Positions 13,602-26,814 of a DNA stretch of 64,000 nucleotides are shown here, piece by piece. The notes below the pieces were generated by a model. The model saw nothing but the letters and a program-made list of their open reading frames with translations, was not told where the DNA came from and ran no database searches. The translations under genes and the position numbers were made by a program. The first letter of the stretch is position 1. Each line of letters starts with the position of its first letter. Source of the DNA: Takakia lepidozioides (Eukaryota > Plantae > Bryophyta); contig CM060734.1 in assembly GCA_030704615.1 (NCBI GenBank), positions 19,406,001 to 19,470,000 of the forward strand, given 5' to 3'.

Positions 13602-14279
13602 ACTGAAAATAATAGGTCAGTGAAATGGAAGTTACTTACTCTTTGGCGGATGACCTCATTCCCGGTCGACATTATACACTCTCTTACGCTCTTGGATACT
13701 ACGTCTTAAATATCACGGGGAGGTCTCCCGTGACATTAACCTACCGTGCAATGGGTTTTATTATGGGAGACCTCCCCTGAGAGAACAAACGAGAGAGGTC
13801 CCATGCGTAGCACGGGAGACCTCCCCTGAGAAAATGCACAAGAGCGGTCCCCTGACTAGCACGGGAGACCTCCCCTGAAAAAATGCTTGGGTCACCTGAT
13901 GCAATCCTAATGCAATCAGTTGTGGGAAGATACGAAAGTACATACCGTGAGCTTGATCCTGCCATGGTGGTTGAAGAATAATCGCAGCAGCAATGCACCA
14001 ATCAAATTACACCACGACACCAGCACGGGCTCGCCACCAGCTCTCCTGATCGCCCTCCTGAACGACGACCGCACCACACAACTGAAACTAACAAACAAAA
14101 TCCTGAATACTGCTAGACGCAACAGACAACAGATGCAGAGCGCAAATCAGATGCAGATCACCGACCCTCCCTTCACTCCCTTCACTCCCTCTCAAGCTCT
14201 CAAAACTCGTGGCTCTAAGTTTCAGCAGGGCTTCGCTGTCACGAAAGTGTGAGAGGGAGAATGAACCAGGGAGCCTCCC

Positions 14280-15330
14280 CTTTTATACCCGGGGAGGCAG
14301 ACCCATGCGATACCTCGCCATGGGTATGCGATGGCAGGCATGCCCAGTGCATGTCCCAAGAACTGCCACGCGCCCGCCATGCGCGAGATCCAAGTGGCGG
14401 CTGCCGCAGGGGCCAATTATTAGGGGAGGGCTACCGTGAAACGGCGCCTGCCATGTGCCCGCCATGCGCGAGATTCAAACGACGGCGGCCGCATTGTCCG
14501 CAAACCCGTCCAATCATAATTATTAGGGGAGGGCTGCCGTGAAACGGCGCCTGCCACGCGTCAGCCACGTGCGAGATACAAGCGGCGGCGCGCGTAGGGC
14601 CTGCAAACCTGGCCAATCATATTTATTGGGGGAGGGCTCCCGTGAAACGGCGCCTGCCACGCGCCCGCCATGTGCGAGATTCAGGCGGTGGCGGGCACAG
14701 GGCCCGCAAACTTAGCCAATCATAATTATTACGAGAGTGCTCCCATGAAACGACGCATTCAACTCATGAACATGGAAGGTTCTATGCCCTCCATCTGTAA
14801 TGGACGATCCAGATTCAACGATGCTTTTGAGCATGCATGTGAAGGCATTTCCATAGTTAGTATTCTAGCACGTGGCGAGCAGGCAGGCTACGCATGTGCT
14901 GGAACGTCAGAGTACGAGACGCTGCCGGCCATAATGCGGCGGCATCAGCATTACTGAATGCGGCGGCGGCGGCGCTGCGGTACGCTATAGCGAATCTTAC
15001 CTTCCATGAATGCTGCGAGGGGAGAGCTCCCGTGGCACGGCGCAACGTCATCATGGTCATGCGACATCCATCGAATCTGACGGCTCAAATTATATCTGGG
15101 ATCTCCTTGGACGGTATCGATTACATTGATGTCGTCGTGCAGGTACATCATAGATGATATCCATCCACGTGGCGGCCATGCAGATGTCGTACTGTCGGGT
15201 ACGGGAGGCCCCCCGTCACAATCATTATGACAAGTAATTAATGAAACGATTCCCCCTTGTTGTACAAGCCTCATGTATGGGTGCGGTTGGCCTCATGCCC
15301 CAGTATGCAAATGCGGGTCTATATAAGGGC
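14280..15330. promoter_or_regulatory. Putative divergent promoter region of element 2
   Basis: TATAAAA on minus strand (14281-14287) and TATATAA on plus strand (15320-15326). About four ~103-bp GC-rich repeats (14400-14760), each with CCAAT. G-box CCACGTGG at ~15165. Confidence 0.45.
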
Positions 15331-15534
15331 AACATCTTCCCCCTCATTTCATTCAGTCTCGGCGAAGCCCTGCTGAATTGTGGAGTGCAGGTGCTGGATT
15401 GACTGAAGAGTGGTGGAAGGGTGGTGGAAGGATGGAGAGTGTTTCATCTCTGCATGTTTGTTAGTCATTCTCTATCAATATTTTCCAAAAGAGTTACACA
15501 CTGAACTCACGCAGTATCTGCTTCTTAAGCCTGG

Positions 15535-16067
15535 TGTAGTGTGAAAAGAAGGGGCGTGAATCCCCTTCTGTGCAAATCTAATTGTGCTCCTCCCCAGTTT
15601 TGAAGCGGAGCAAAAGAAAGGAACTCTCTTCCAGTGATCCAACCATCGTCACTCGGTTGTGGGTTTCCCTCAGGTCCTTCATGATCAGAGTTTACACAAT
15701 CCTCATCCACGCCGCAGCGGAAGAGAAGACATGGATGGGGAGTCTGTATTGTTCTCACCCTTGGTTCTATTTTTACACGACATCCTTTCCCTGGGGTACA
15801 ACACCAGCCATGCTACCATGTTGTCTTCAGTGATGCAACCAGCCCTACGTCAGTGATGAACACTGCCCTTGTAGGCAGCTCCCTTGGACAATAACACGTG
15901 GAAGCCCCTTTTTGTAATAAGATCATGATTTAGAAGGAGGCAACTCAGATCTGCCATGAACTACAGGCCCACCGGTTTGGCTCTTCATGGGTTCATGCTT
16001 TCTTTATCTTACCTCCCCAATCTTCATCCCTCATCAATCCCTCTTGCTGGTCAGCTCTCTCCCTTTG

Positions 16068-16125
<58 letters not shown>

Positions 16126-17715
16126 AGGGTCTGCAGATTCCTCACTTTTTCACAATAGCATGTCTAAGATGCAATGCAATGCGCATTCAGCCAGGCATCC
16201 AGTGTACCCAGCATTGAAATCAACCTTGGTCACACAAGACATAATCAGCCCCTTTATCAGTTCCTCTCTTGCCAATGACAGATGCTTCACACTCCCTTTT
16301 CCCAGGTGTAGCCATTTGCCCAAGACAGTTCTCAACCCGTCTACAGGTCTCAATTTACCCACCCTGACAGCTCTCTTTTTCCCATCAACTGTGAACCTCA
16401 GTTGTTCACATGCTGAGAGCACTCTGAGAATCAGATCCAAACCCCAAACAGTGTTGGTTTTTCTGCCCATCCACATCATCCCTTCTGCTCCTTCCAAACA
16501 GTTCTATCTAACCTTCACTGGTTTCCTCTACCTACTAAGCTAGTTCCACATTGGCTGCAATGTGTCAACATCCAAGGCCACATTGTTTTTACAGGCTCAT
16601 GACACTGAAACAAAGAACAAGAATACAACAAACAGCAACCATTCTGACCCAGCGATGAGTTAACCCTGTCCCCACTCATTTCTCCTACTGTGCAATGTAA
16701 CAGCAGGTGCATCCATTTCCAGCCTATCCTGGTTTGAAGTCCAGTGTCCTCATTCCATTTCCCAAAGCTCTTTTCTTCCTCACATATCTGTGTCTCTTTC
16801 TACATACAAGAGATAGTCCAAAACTTCACAAAGCGATTTCTAAGTCACCCAAAAAGGAAGCCAACACTCTTCGAACTTATCTGTCTTATACTCCAGTGAA
16901 GCGGTGGGTCTGCCTGTCAAGATGGCACCTCATCAACTCTGTCATCAGCCACATTCAACGCTTCTTCTTATCGTGATTCCAGTCCTCATTATGTCATGAC
17001 GGCTCTGCTTCGTCTGCTGGCAACATCCTTGTGCCTGCCAACCTCTACCCTATCCTTCTACATGTGCACTTCTTCCCTAAGAATTGATCTGGTCCTACAG
17101 CAATAAGACAGAAAGCAGCTACAAGTCTTAATTACAGATAACCTGAAGCGCCATACACACCAGCCTGCACTTCTCATGCCCCAACAGCCGTTGAGCCGCT
17201 CCATCTCCTCATAACTGTGCTCTTCAAGACAATGGCGGCAGCGGTGGTGCACCGCTCTCATCACATGCTCAACCTTCAGAATTGATCATTACTACGAAGA
17301 AGGCGGCACCGCTTCCTCTTGCACAGAATGCCAAGCAAGAGCCTTTAACGTTGCTCTTTAAAGCAAGCTGATTCCCCTTGCGCAGGTGGAACTTTCTAAG
17401 ACATACTGTGCTGCCAACACCACTGCAGCAGCTCCGAAAAGTTGCCCGCACTCTTCCCCTTCGTTTTTCACAGCCCGAGCTTCTAGGTTTAAACATCATC
17501 GATGAAAATCATTCATCCTAGGGATGAAAAAGGCGCATGTCATAACTTAGCCATATTTTGTCCTGGCAGAGCAATAGCATAGTGTTCCCATGGAATTACC
17601 TGTAGTCATGGATAATTCCTTCCCCTCATTAGCACCAGGGCACTCCCTTCGTAGTAATGCCGAATCCTGATGCCAAACAAAAATTTGAATGTTTACCCCC
17701 TGCATTCACACTACA
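15535..17715. mobile_element. TGTAGTGTGAA...TTCACACTACA element, copy B
   Basis: Same 11-bp TIR as copy A; perfect 4-bp TSD CTGG (15531-15534 and 17716-17719). Confidence 0.85.
16073..16121. repeat. (CT)n microsatellite
   Basis: Directly visible. Confidence 0.95.
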
Positions 17716-19158
17716 CTGGCACAACGAAGAGGTGATGTTCCATTATACTTTCTCTTTGTTTTGTTGTTCTTTTTTTAATCTCATTTATCTGTCTTCGTCT
17801 TCTCCAGTTATACCATTGAATGTGCGGGAGATCTCCCGTCATCTTGAGTAGATCCTTTCCAATTTGTTTGGAACTCTATTTTCTGTTTATATTTTTTCGC
17901 CCATTGGAGATCACAGAACGGGAGACCTCCCGTGATCCCTTAGTGTTATTTGCATATGTGGTATGCATAGATTCTATCTTGCACAATCCAGAATTTTTTT
18001 GTGGATTCTAACTTAAGGGTTGAGGCGACTATAATGGGAGATCTCCCGTCATCGTGCGGAGTGTTGCCGCATTTGATATATTCATCTTTTCTACTTTTTT
18101 TGCTTCCCATTTTTTACTCGAGGGCATAGCAGGGGAGATCTCTCGTGGTTGAAGATGGTTACCACCTGTGGACATTTGTCTGTCGGAGAAGCCGTGAATT
18201 TAATCCAACTTGTCGGCTCTCCAGTCAAGTGAGTTGCTTTTGCCTGCTGGAAAATAATTTCACTCCATTTTTCTAGTATATCACTGGTTAAAATAGGCGC
18301 ACATTAGAAAAGGCCCGGGAGTTTAATGCAACCCCTTCGGTCCTGCCTGCGTGGCACCTCCCGCCACCCTAGCCGCACCCCCTTCCCCGGCTCCTGCGCG
18401 GCTCGCGGTCGCTGCGCCCCGGCGCCCCCTCGCCCCGGCGCCAGCCCACCCCTCACGCACCCCCCCCCGCACCCCCCATCCCCCTGCCCGCCCGCCCGCC
18501 CTCCCCGCCCCCGCCCCGCCCCCCGCCCGCCGGCCGTCACCACACCACATGAACTCTGTGGCACATGACACCTGTCACCACAACCCAACATCGCGCGCAG
18601 GACACATCGCATGACGAAAGATGGATGGGATGCAACATGATCCATGTGCTGCAATCACCCATTATGATGGACGGCTTGACATGACAGGATGTGACACATA
18701 CTCATATATGGCCGTAGGGAGATCGCGATGATCATGCTTTCATGCTTTTCGTGTCCAGTTCGCACGCACATGGTGGACCTGTCGATTCAAATGCGGACCT
18801 TCAGCTGTCACTCCCCACGTCGATGCTTGATTGATTTAATTCATGGCAGCCACAGGACAGGTTTTCCAAGCTTCCTGGCGTTTGCATGGCCCGAAATGTA
18901 TGATCCTGACGGAAGCGGTGTTACAAGCACTTCCTTGAGGAGTATGCATCGCGGCTGTTATAAACTGTTGACTGAGTTGTGGCGGTGAAGCGATTACTCA
19001 TTCGACTTGAGTATAGGGTTTCTTTTTGGAGAATTTGGAAGTCATTCGTGTGATTCGCAGCTATTTTCTTCCTCTTGCTTGCCATTTTCTATCTGTTGCA
19101 GTCCATTTGCGTGCTTCATGTTTTAGTTTGAGTTCTTGCTTTCACATTCCAGCAACCT

Positions 19159-22100
19159 TTGCTCGGCTGGAGTATTCTTCAAGAGGAGGGTAGTGGATTT
19201 GGAAAGGGCGCCGATATGGTGAAACAATCCTCCATGCGCGAAGCGCGTCGGACATACAATGAAACGTACGACTTTGATGAGTGGGAAAATCTCATATGCG
19301 AGGCTCACTCAGAGGCAAGGGTTGAGCAGCCTGGTGATGATAATAGGAAGCCATTCAAGTGTATCCACTGTCTTAAGCAATATAAAGATAAGAAGAAACT
19401 TAACATTCACAGGATAAATGGTTGTGATGCTGCTGTGGGAAAGGGTGGGCCTAAACTGAAAATGTACCCTGTTTTTGAAAAGGGGCAAAGGCACATCATG
19501 GAGGTTGTTCTTAGTAAGCACGGGATGAAGCCTCCTTCCTGCAAGTTGATGAAGACGAGGGTAGAACGCGAGGAGACGACGGCAGAAGAGACTACTCGAG
19601 AACCTAAGCGCAGGAAGCACATGAGTCTTCGGAAGGAGCCGAGAGTGGACCTTGATGATGATGATGACGATGACGATGACGATTTCCAGTTGTTGGACGC
19701 ACCACCTGCACTGCCACAGCAGACTGTTAGACCTCAGCGCATTCGAAAGGACTCATTGGACGCACCTCTGCCATCACAGGAAAGTCTTCCATCTGAGCGC
19801 ATTATAAACTCTACGTTTGTACGACCTCATGCCGTGCCGCAGCAAAGTCTTCGACCCGAAGTGCACGTTGGAGTTGCATCTTCAAGTAGACAAGATGGCA
19901 GACCTCCCGATGCTTCAAAATTTTGTTGAAGTCCTTCAAGGCTTTTTTCTTGCCCCCTGCACCATCAGTTGGTATACTCCCACACCACAATATTCTGAAG
20001 GCAATAGGATTCAGAACGGCAAGGTCACGCACAGCCCTGCATCGTACGTCGCGCATGAAACAATGCAGATCTTCAAAAAGGTGTTTGCAGTCCTCTTTCC
20101 ACACTCCCCGAAGGGCTGCAAACCCTTCACGCACCTGGGTTCGGGCTTCCTCATATGGGGGCATGCCTCCGTACATGAAGTATCCAATCTGCAGGAAACT
20201 CTCACCCGCATTTGTAATGGCACACTGGCAATCTTCTGTGTTGAGAAGATGATTTCGGAGAGTTAACAAGATGGAGTTTCGGGGAATTGACATAGGTTTC
20301 ATGTTGTGAACGTGAGACATCCAAACCAGACGGAACACCCTGCTGAAAAGCGGAATGTTTGGAGGTGGAGCGTGGTGACAAGCAGCCTCAAGAATGACCA
20401 TCAACCTATCAGATTCATCCTCAGAATGTGTGAACATATCGGGGGGCAACTCAGGGATCTCACCTGCTGCAACAATTTGGTACAGAGGGGACAAACCCCA
20501 GATTCCCTCCTGTTTCTCATCGTATTGTTCTCTATCCCATTTTGCCATGTTGTCGTCAACAAACTGCCTTCTACGAGCCTCCAACTCAGACTGGGCTGCA
20601 ATTCCTTTCATTTCGAAATCCAGCAATGCCATGGCATACTTGTGATGTGCCATCACCAGTTGGCATTCTGCCAACTGAGCAGGATGGTCACGAGTTACTC
20701 CAGGACGTATGGCAAATAGCTCCACCACATTTCCACAACTGTCTTCTCCTCTAGAGGTGCATCAAACTGCTCCCCCGCCATTGCAGAGTCATGGAGCTGG
20801 TCAGTAATAGAGGAAGAGTAACCAAAAACCCTAAACTTGAAAGGCAACTTCAAACAAAATGCAAAGACACGCATCATCAAAGAAGGAGTTGTGACCATGA
20901 AGGTGCAGGCCAAGAAAAAGGTGTGTTACCCGTCGTTTAAGCCACCATTGACCAAAAGCGTTGCCCATCATTTGGTCCCCGAACTCAAATTTCCCAATAA
21001 GAGCCACAAGACGATTGAGAAAAGAAGGCACGTCCAGAGATGGAAATCCATCGGGCAACAAGTCAAACTTCATTAGATAGGTCAGTCCTGGGCATGAAAC
21101 ATGTGCGGGTATGGGAGGCACAACAATATCCGAGGTCAGTAGCAACGATGCCTTGACAAAGCCTTCCCTTGCCTCTTCTCTACTTAGCGGTGCAAGGGTT
21201 GTGGACTTCAGAGGTGTGTATTGCCCTTACCACGGTTCGTGCTACTGCATTTCAGTTCCTGGTGGTTCTTAACAATGTCCCTGGTGTTGTTCTCATTTCA
21301 TTTCTTGTCATGGCCACATTTTCACATGCCGATGGTGGGAATCCAACCTACATGACAAACTTGAGGCTGCTCGACAAATCCTCCATGAGGTCCACATTGA
21401 GAGGCTCGCAAGGGATGAGGCACGTTTCTGCAATGCCAAGTGTGGACATAAGGAGGCGGTTGTCCTTGAACCGCAGTCAAGCGCACTCGTTCACCTGAGT
21501 ACAAATACAAACATGGGGGCACTCATTTTGGCCGCTAACATGGCATGCAATTCCACACCTTCTGATGAGGCCAACAATGCAGTGGTAGACCATGTGTTGT
21601 CGGATCATGTCCTCCCTCAGGCCCAAACGATCCTGCCTGCTGAAGAAACTTGTGGCAACATACAGTGCCCACAACCAAGTCCCATGACTCAACTTGAAAT
21701 GGAACTAATCACCACTCAGGTATTTCCTGGATTGTGTCGACCGCCTCCCCCTGTGGCCTCTTTCACTTCAGAACAAACCCTCTGTGACATAACTGAGTTC
21801 CAAAGTCCACCACCCCTTAATATGCGATGTCCCACTGATGAGGGTGCTATTGTACATGCAGTAAGCACTGTTGGATCTTCCGTTACCCCAGCTACCTCAG
21901 TGCTTAAACATGGGACAGAGCCTCCCACCCCCAATGCGATGGTTCTCGCACTGCCTTCGCCCATGCGACCTTACCAAATCTTGTTTGATGGTGCTCATAC
22001 ACCTCACAGTACAGAGGCTACTACACGATTTCATGGTGATGTACATGGCAGTGTCCGGGCATTGAATAAAAATGCATGCATTGACATATTGGGCTCTCGG

Positions 22101-23423
22101 ATGTGCAGGATACATGAAGGCCTTGAAAACGTATTGTGAGTTGCGACGCCTGCGCACCCTTTTTCATGCATGATATGGTATACCTTCCATCCACAGTTTG
22201 CAAGTGGCCCGCATGTGCATAATTATGTGGGCGGATTCTCATAGCAATGAGGTATGTGCCTTTTTTGCAGGCGGGCCAGTGGTGCAGTGGTGGCAAAAAC
22301 ACATGACATGGTTTTTGAAGGGCTCTCGGGTTTCGCAAGTTCCTCTTAGACTAGAAGATGCAGATGACTTGCTCTCTGCAAGGGGGTGGATTAGTGACCG
22401 TCTGATGGACTTCTGGGTGTCAGTTAATACTTTCTCTTCCTGAACTTGTGTGAATAAAATCCGTGTTGTAGATAGCTTCACATGGATATGCCTTCACGAT
22501 CATTGTGCAAAGTAGGAAAATCAAGTCGACTCTGTGCGGATTTGGATGCAAAGACGGTTCCCCTTCTTCAGGAGTGAGGGTGTTGAAGCCCTTATTGTGC
22601 CAATTTTATGCAAGTGAGTACAATGTGTATGCATTTATACCTTCTTGTTGCCGTACCTTTGAAGAAGGCCGTGCTCCATTGCTACATGTGGACTAACCTG
22701 CTGTTGTTGCCCCCCTGTGCAGTGACCATTGGAGTCTGGTTATCTTGGAACCGTCTCGCTACCTTCACTTGAATAGCATAAGAAGTTTGCACAAGTACCG
22801 TGCTTTCAAGCCATTTTTTGCTACTTTCTGGGCCATGGTCAGAGGAATCAGCCCAGGAAGCCCCCAGTGGAAGGATGCGACTGACCTCAAGCGGTGGTTC
22901 TGCCCACTTGTTCCACAGTAGGCCAACACATGGCAGTGTGGTCTGTTTGTAGCTCATTACATTGAGCTGTACTTAGTGCAAACGTACTTGAATCCACAAC
23001 CTGGTGGTGCAGGCCCGGTAAGAGGCAGCTGCTCGTGGTTTACATGATCATTTGCTGCCTGTTTTAGTTGTGGACGTTCATGTGCTCGCGCAATGTGCTG
23101 AATCCATGTATCAGGTAGAATGAACATGAATATCCTTACGAAAATTGTATGAATTTCTAACAATGATCATTGTTTGTTCATTGGTTGCTTTTGCATTCTT
23201 TGTTCTTCTTTCTTTGCAGCTCACATCAGACTGGTTCCCTACTGAGGCCGTGCACGAGAAAAGATATGAACTTCAAGACATGATTTTGCACGAGCTTGAC
23301 GGTCACCCATCGCACGAGCCTCCATATGCAGTGCCCAAACCCCCACGCAAAGTTGGAGATTGCAGCAGCCCTGTCCTCCCTGTGCCCACCACTCCAGCTC
23401 CCCTCACACGCAGATGGTGTTAA
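19159..23423 (+). pseudogene. MULE accessory gene: C2H2-like zinc finger, helical domain, Ulp1/C48 SUMO-protease; disrupted by an internal inversion (19884-21185) and stops
   Basis: FKCIHCLKQYKDKKKLNIH; GWISDRLMDFW; 22723-22980 reads DHWSLVIL...HLNS...VPQ*ANTWQCGLFVAHY (catalytic His and Cys present, Asp>Asn, Gln>stop); last exon WFPTEAVHEKRYELQDMI. Confidence 0.8.
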
Positions 23424-26400
23424 CGTGCCAAGAAAGTCGGCAAAGCGTTGTGACATTGGATACAATTGGCTACTTAAAGTATTATTTATTAATTGTCTAC
23501 CTTTCTGCGTTGATTTTTGTGGTCCTTTGTTTCCCACAACTGTGTCTTATTCTTCTTACAGGCAGCACATTTCCGACCGTCAGTGCACGTTCTCCGCTTT
23601 GTTTTGCAAGTTCGCTTCAGTCCCTCTTTCCTACCCCCAGTCAACCCTTCTCTACATTGGGGTATGCTATTTCGGGATGTCTCTTCCTTCTCTCTAATGT
23701 TTTCGATTCAAGGGCATGTTGTTCAACATGATGGCAGCCAATGGGATCCCCGTTGCCCCACAATCTGCTCACACTCACTTCATAGTGCCACATTACTGTT
23801 CCGTTTCCTTGCTTACATGTATTGTGCAGTGATATAATGCCCAATACTGAAGACTAGGACTGTTTCAACAAGTATATGTTGACAAGCACTGGTAACTGGG
23901 GTATTTCTCCCTACATGCAACACATGCCTAAATTGCATATACAAGCAAGCCATGAACTGCATGTAAAGGAAATTGGTAACACCCCGCACATACCATTCCA
24001 TGCAACAATCGTAAATGGGCACAATGCACACCCCAGTGCAATCAGTCTTCCTCGCAATCACATGAATGTTATTGTGCTGGTGCCAGTGTGGCAATTGGTC
24101 TCTCAGCAATGATATTGAATATAATTCGTGCCAAGCACCTGTGCTCTACACGCCACGAGGTCCAGTGTGTTGCACAATGGTGAATCAACGAAGTGTAGGG
24201 TTCTCTATGCGTGCCATTCGGATTTCCATAGTGATACATACACAGAGGGCACCTGATATCAGGCTCGGAAATAAACTCCATATATTTCCATGTCTATGGC
24301 ACAATGTTTGAACACATGGGCCTCTCCATCCCCCATCTCTCTTTGCCGTTGTCTTTCATTCAAACACATGAAAGGATAGAATATGCTGATGTTTCCCCTC
24401 CTCGTATACCTGCTCTCCTCCATCTTCACCGAAGCCTGTGCACTTCTCTACAACAATGGTGTCCGTCAACCAAAAAAAAAAAAACTGTTCAAATGTCCTT
24501 TCATACTTCGGCCCCAATTTGTACCCATCCCTATCTCCCAAGGAATATACACTTCTTCTACTTCATCCACTTATGTGTTCTGATTTCAAGGTGCACAAAT
24601 GCAAGCCTGCCTTGCCAGCATCATGGGAGCTGCAAAATCATTCCTTCTAAATTTACATAATTCCCATGTGACCTGTATGTAGAAGGGTAAGTGACACATA
24701 AGAAACGTCCCTTCCCTTCTGCTAATTGCTTTAGGCCAATTGAATGTAATCTTGAAGGTATCACCCTAGGTAAGGAAGATTACGAAAGCAAACAATATTA
24801 TGCATAAATGCCTATTGGTTTCATATGCATTTAATTAAATCTCAGCAAGTTCTGTGTGAACATATGGATGACTGTGGATTGAAGGGTGCCTTTACCAACT
24901 GTCAGGTACCCTTCATAATTGAATTTCACTTCACCCACAGCCCTCTTGAAGCTGGGGGACAAACACATGCAATTAGACCACACCATGCTTGCTTCAGCAA
25001 CATTTGTTCAGATTTTCAGCATGGAACATGCACATTTGCATGCAACCCCTATGCACTTCTGGTGCAAATGAGGCAGTACTAAACGACCAGGCAGTTCCTC
25101 TAGTTCAGCAATACTTATGAACTGCCCCACAAACTCCAGCCTCAGTTTTTGAAAGAGCAAACACATGCACTCAATTGGATCCCCACCTTAAGCCGCCGAC
25201 CGTGTCTTCTATGAAGCATTATCAATTACTTCTCAGATTTTGGCGTGGACGATCCTGCCCCACCTACAAGCAAAGCTAAGAGGGCTGGACAGACTCTAAG
25301 AGCACCCAAGTCCTGCACCAGCTCATCCATGACACAAGTCTCATCGATGTCGGTTTTGTCAATAAAAAAAAGCAGTAGTTGGAGTGAGCCCCAACGACCA
25401 ACTAACACTATGTTCTCCTCTCTCAACCCTATACTGCTTCTTTAGTCGCACTGTAAAGCTACCCTTCACCATCACATTAGTTTTTATACCAGCGAGGGTC
25501 TTCTTCAGGTCCACAATGGGGACCTTGGATAGGAATCCGTCTCGTCTGCCTCCACAATGCTGAAGATCTTTTGAGGACTCCGCAGGTTCACCTCCAACCA
25601 CAAGTACTCCCCAGAAATCCGAGCCTTCGTGGTTGTGTCCACATGAAATCATTTTGCCTGTGCAGCACATGCAATCACATCCCAAATACACAAAGGAACC
25701 CCCATAGTAACATATTGCATAGCATATGACTTTGGGGCATTCGGCTTGTACAACAACACTATTCCTTCCAGACACACTGATTTCTCCATGCTGGAATCAA
25801 ACAAAATGTTTCAACGACAGTGCGTGTCCCTGCCAATCGCAGTTGCAGCACATCCGAGATATCGCGGGGATCTTCAATGGCAACTTCAATAAGACTGCCA
25901 TTTGTACCTGAATAGTATGCCATGACCTGACTTCGTAATGAAAAGCAGCCCAAAGGAAGTTGGAAACCCCGGTACCAAAAACAAACGCCTTGAAATGTGT
26001 CTGCCTTTGCCCAAACTTAAGTGCGAGTGTGCTTTTTCAGTTGTGACTTAAGCTGCGATTGAACATATGCCAGTTCAAATGCGGTCTGCCAGGTCACCAA
26101 CGATTAGAGCTGCGAAACCGCCAACCCTGCTGCACTGCCACCCTCGGCCCAGACCGATTGGGAAAGCATTCATCAACATTCCGAAAGCAAAATCTTCATG
26201 AGGACGCTTAACCAGCCCTGGTCTCGAACGAGTGAGGTTCACCTCCACTTTATACTGTCTCCTTCAAAAACAATGAAGATATACATTACTGATTTTGAGA
26301 ACTGAAGAAACTAAACATATGCCGTTTCCCATGTTTCACTATTTTTTGGGGCTTTCAGGCAGATGGTCACATAAGCAGCTGTTCCGAGTGCAAGAGTCGG

Positions 26401-26814
26401 AATATTATCGGATGGCGCGAAGGCTATAACCTATGCAGCCTTAAGAATAGAAGAGGAGGAAAATGCAACCTCATTTTCTCAAACATCACAGACATTCAGT
26501 TCATGAAATGCACTCAATTCCGATTCTCACCGGCGGCAACAGCTGGATTCCGTTTCGCAACAAAGATCAAACTCGTCGATTGTCGCTCCACATGAAGGCG
26601 AATCAACCAAGCTCCATATGACACATTTTCTCCACAATACTCGTGTAAACAGACACTGCATCATCACAACAAGGACCGTAAGAAGATGAACTTGCAACTG
26701 AGCAGAGTACACAATGATCTGCGACGGTTCTGTGGACATACCAATGCCATTAGCCATAATACTGTCCAACTGAAATAGCCTCCATAGGTACAGTCAAGCA
26801 CACCTTCCTCTTAC

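Larger units (their letters stand above)
7616..18278 (-). mobile_element. CACTA-like element 2 carrying a ParB-like gene; terminus CCATTTTTCTAGTA at 18265-18278
   Basis: The reverse complement TACTAGAAAAATGG equals CACTAGAAAAATGG with one C>T and resembles the element 1 TIR. The ACGGGAGNNCTCCCGT palindromes are confined to this interval. The other end was not found. Confidence 0.55.

Noticed and set aside
15956-16543. 195-aa ORF
   Set aside because: It spans the (CT)n microsatellite inside a non-coding element and is not open in copy A.
7664-18150. Palindromic repeats as a CRISPR array
   Set aside because: Spacing is irregular (tens to thousands of bp), there are no cas genes, and the context is eukaryotic with introns.
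18304-18654. Gly/Arg/Pro-rich ORFs at both MULE ends
   Set aside because: Artefacts of the GC-rich TIRs.
23900-26000. Small ORFs including CPLC...LIHHCATH (zinc-finger-like, 24069-24281)
   Set aside because: Too fragmentary to assign; probably decayed cargo.
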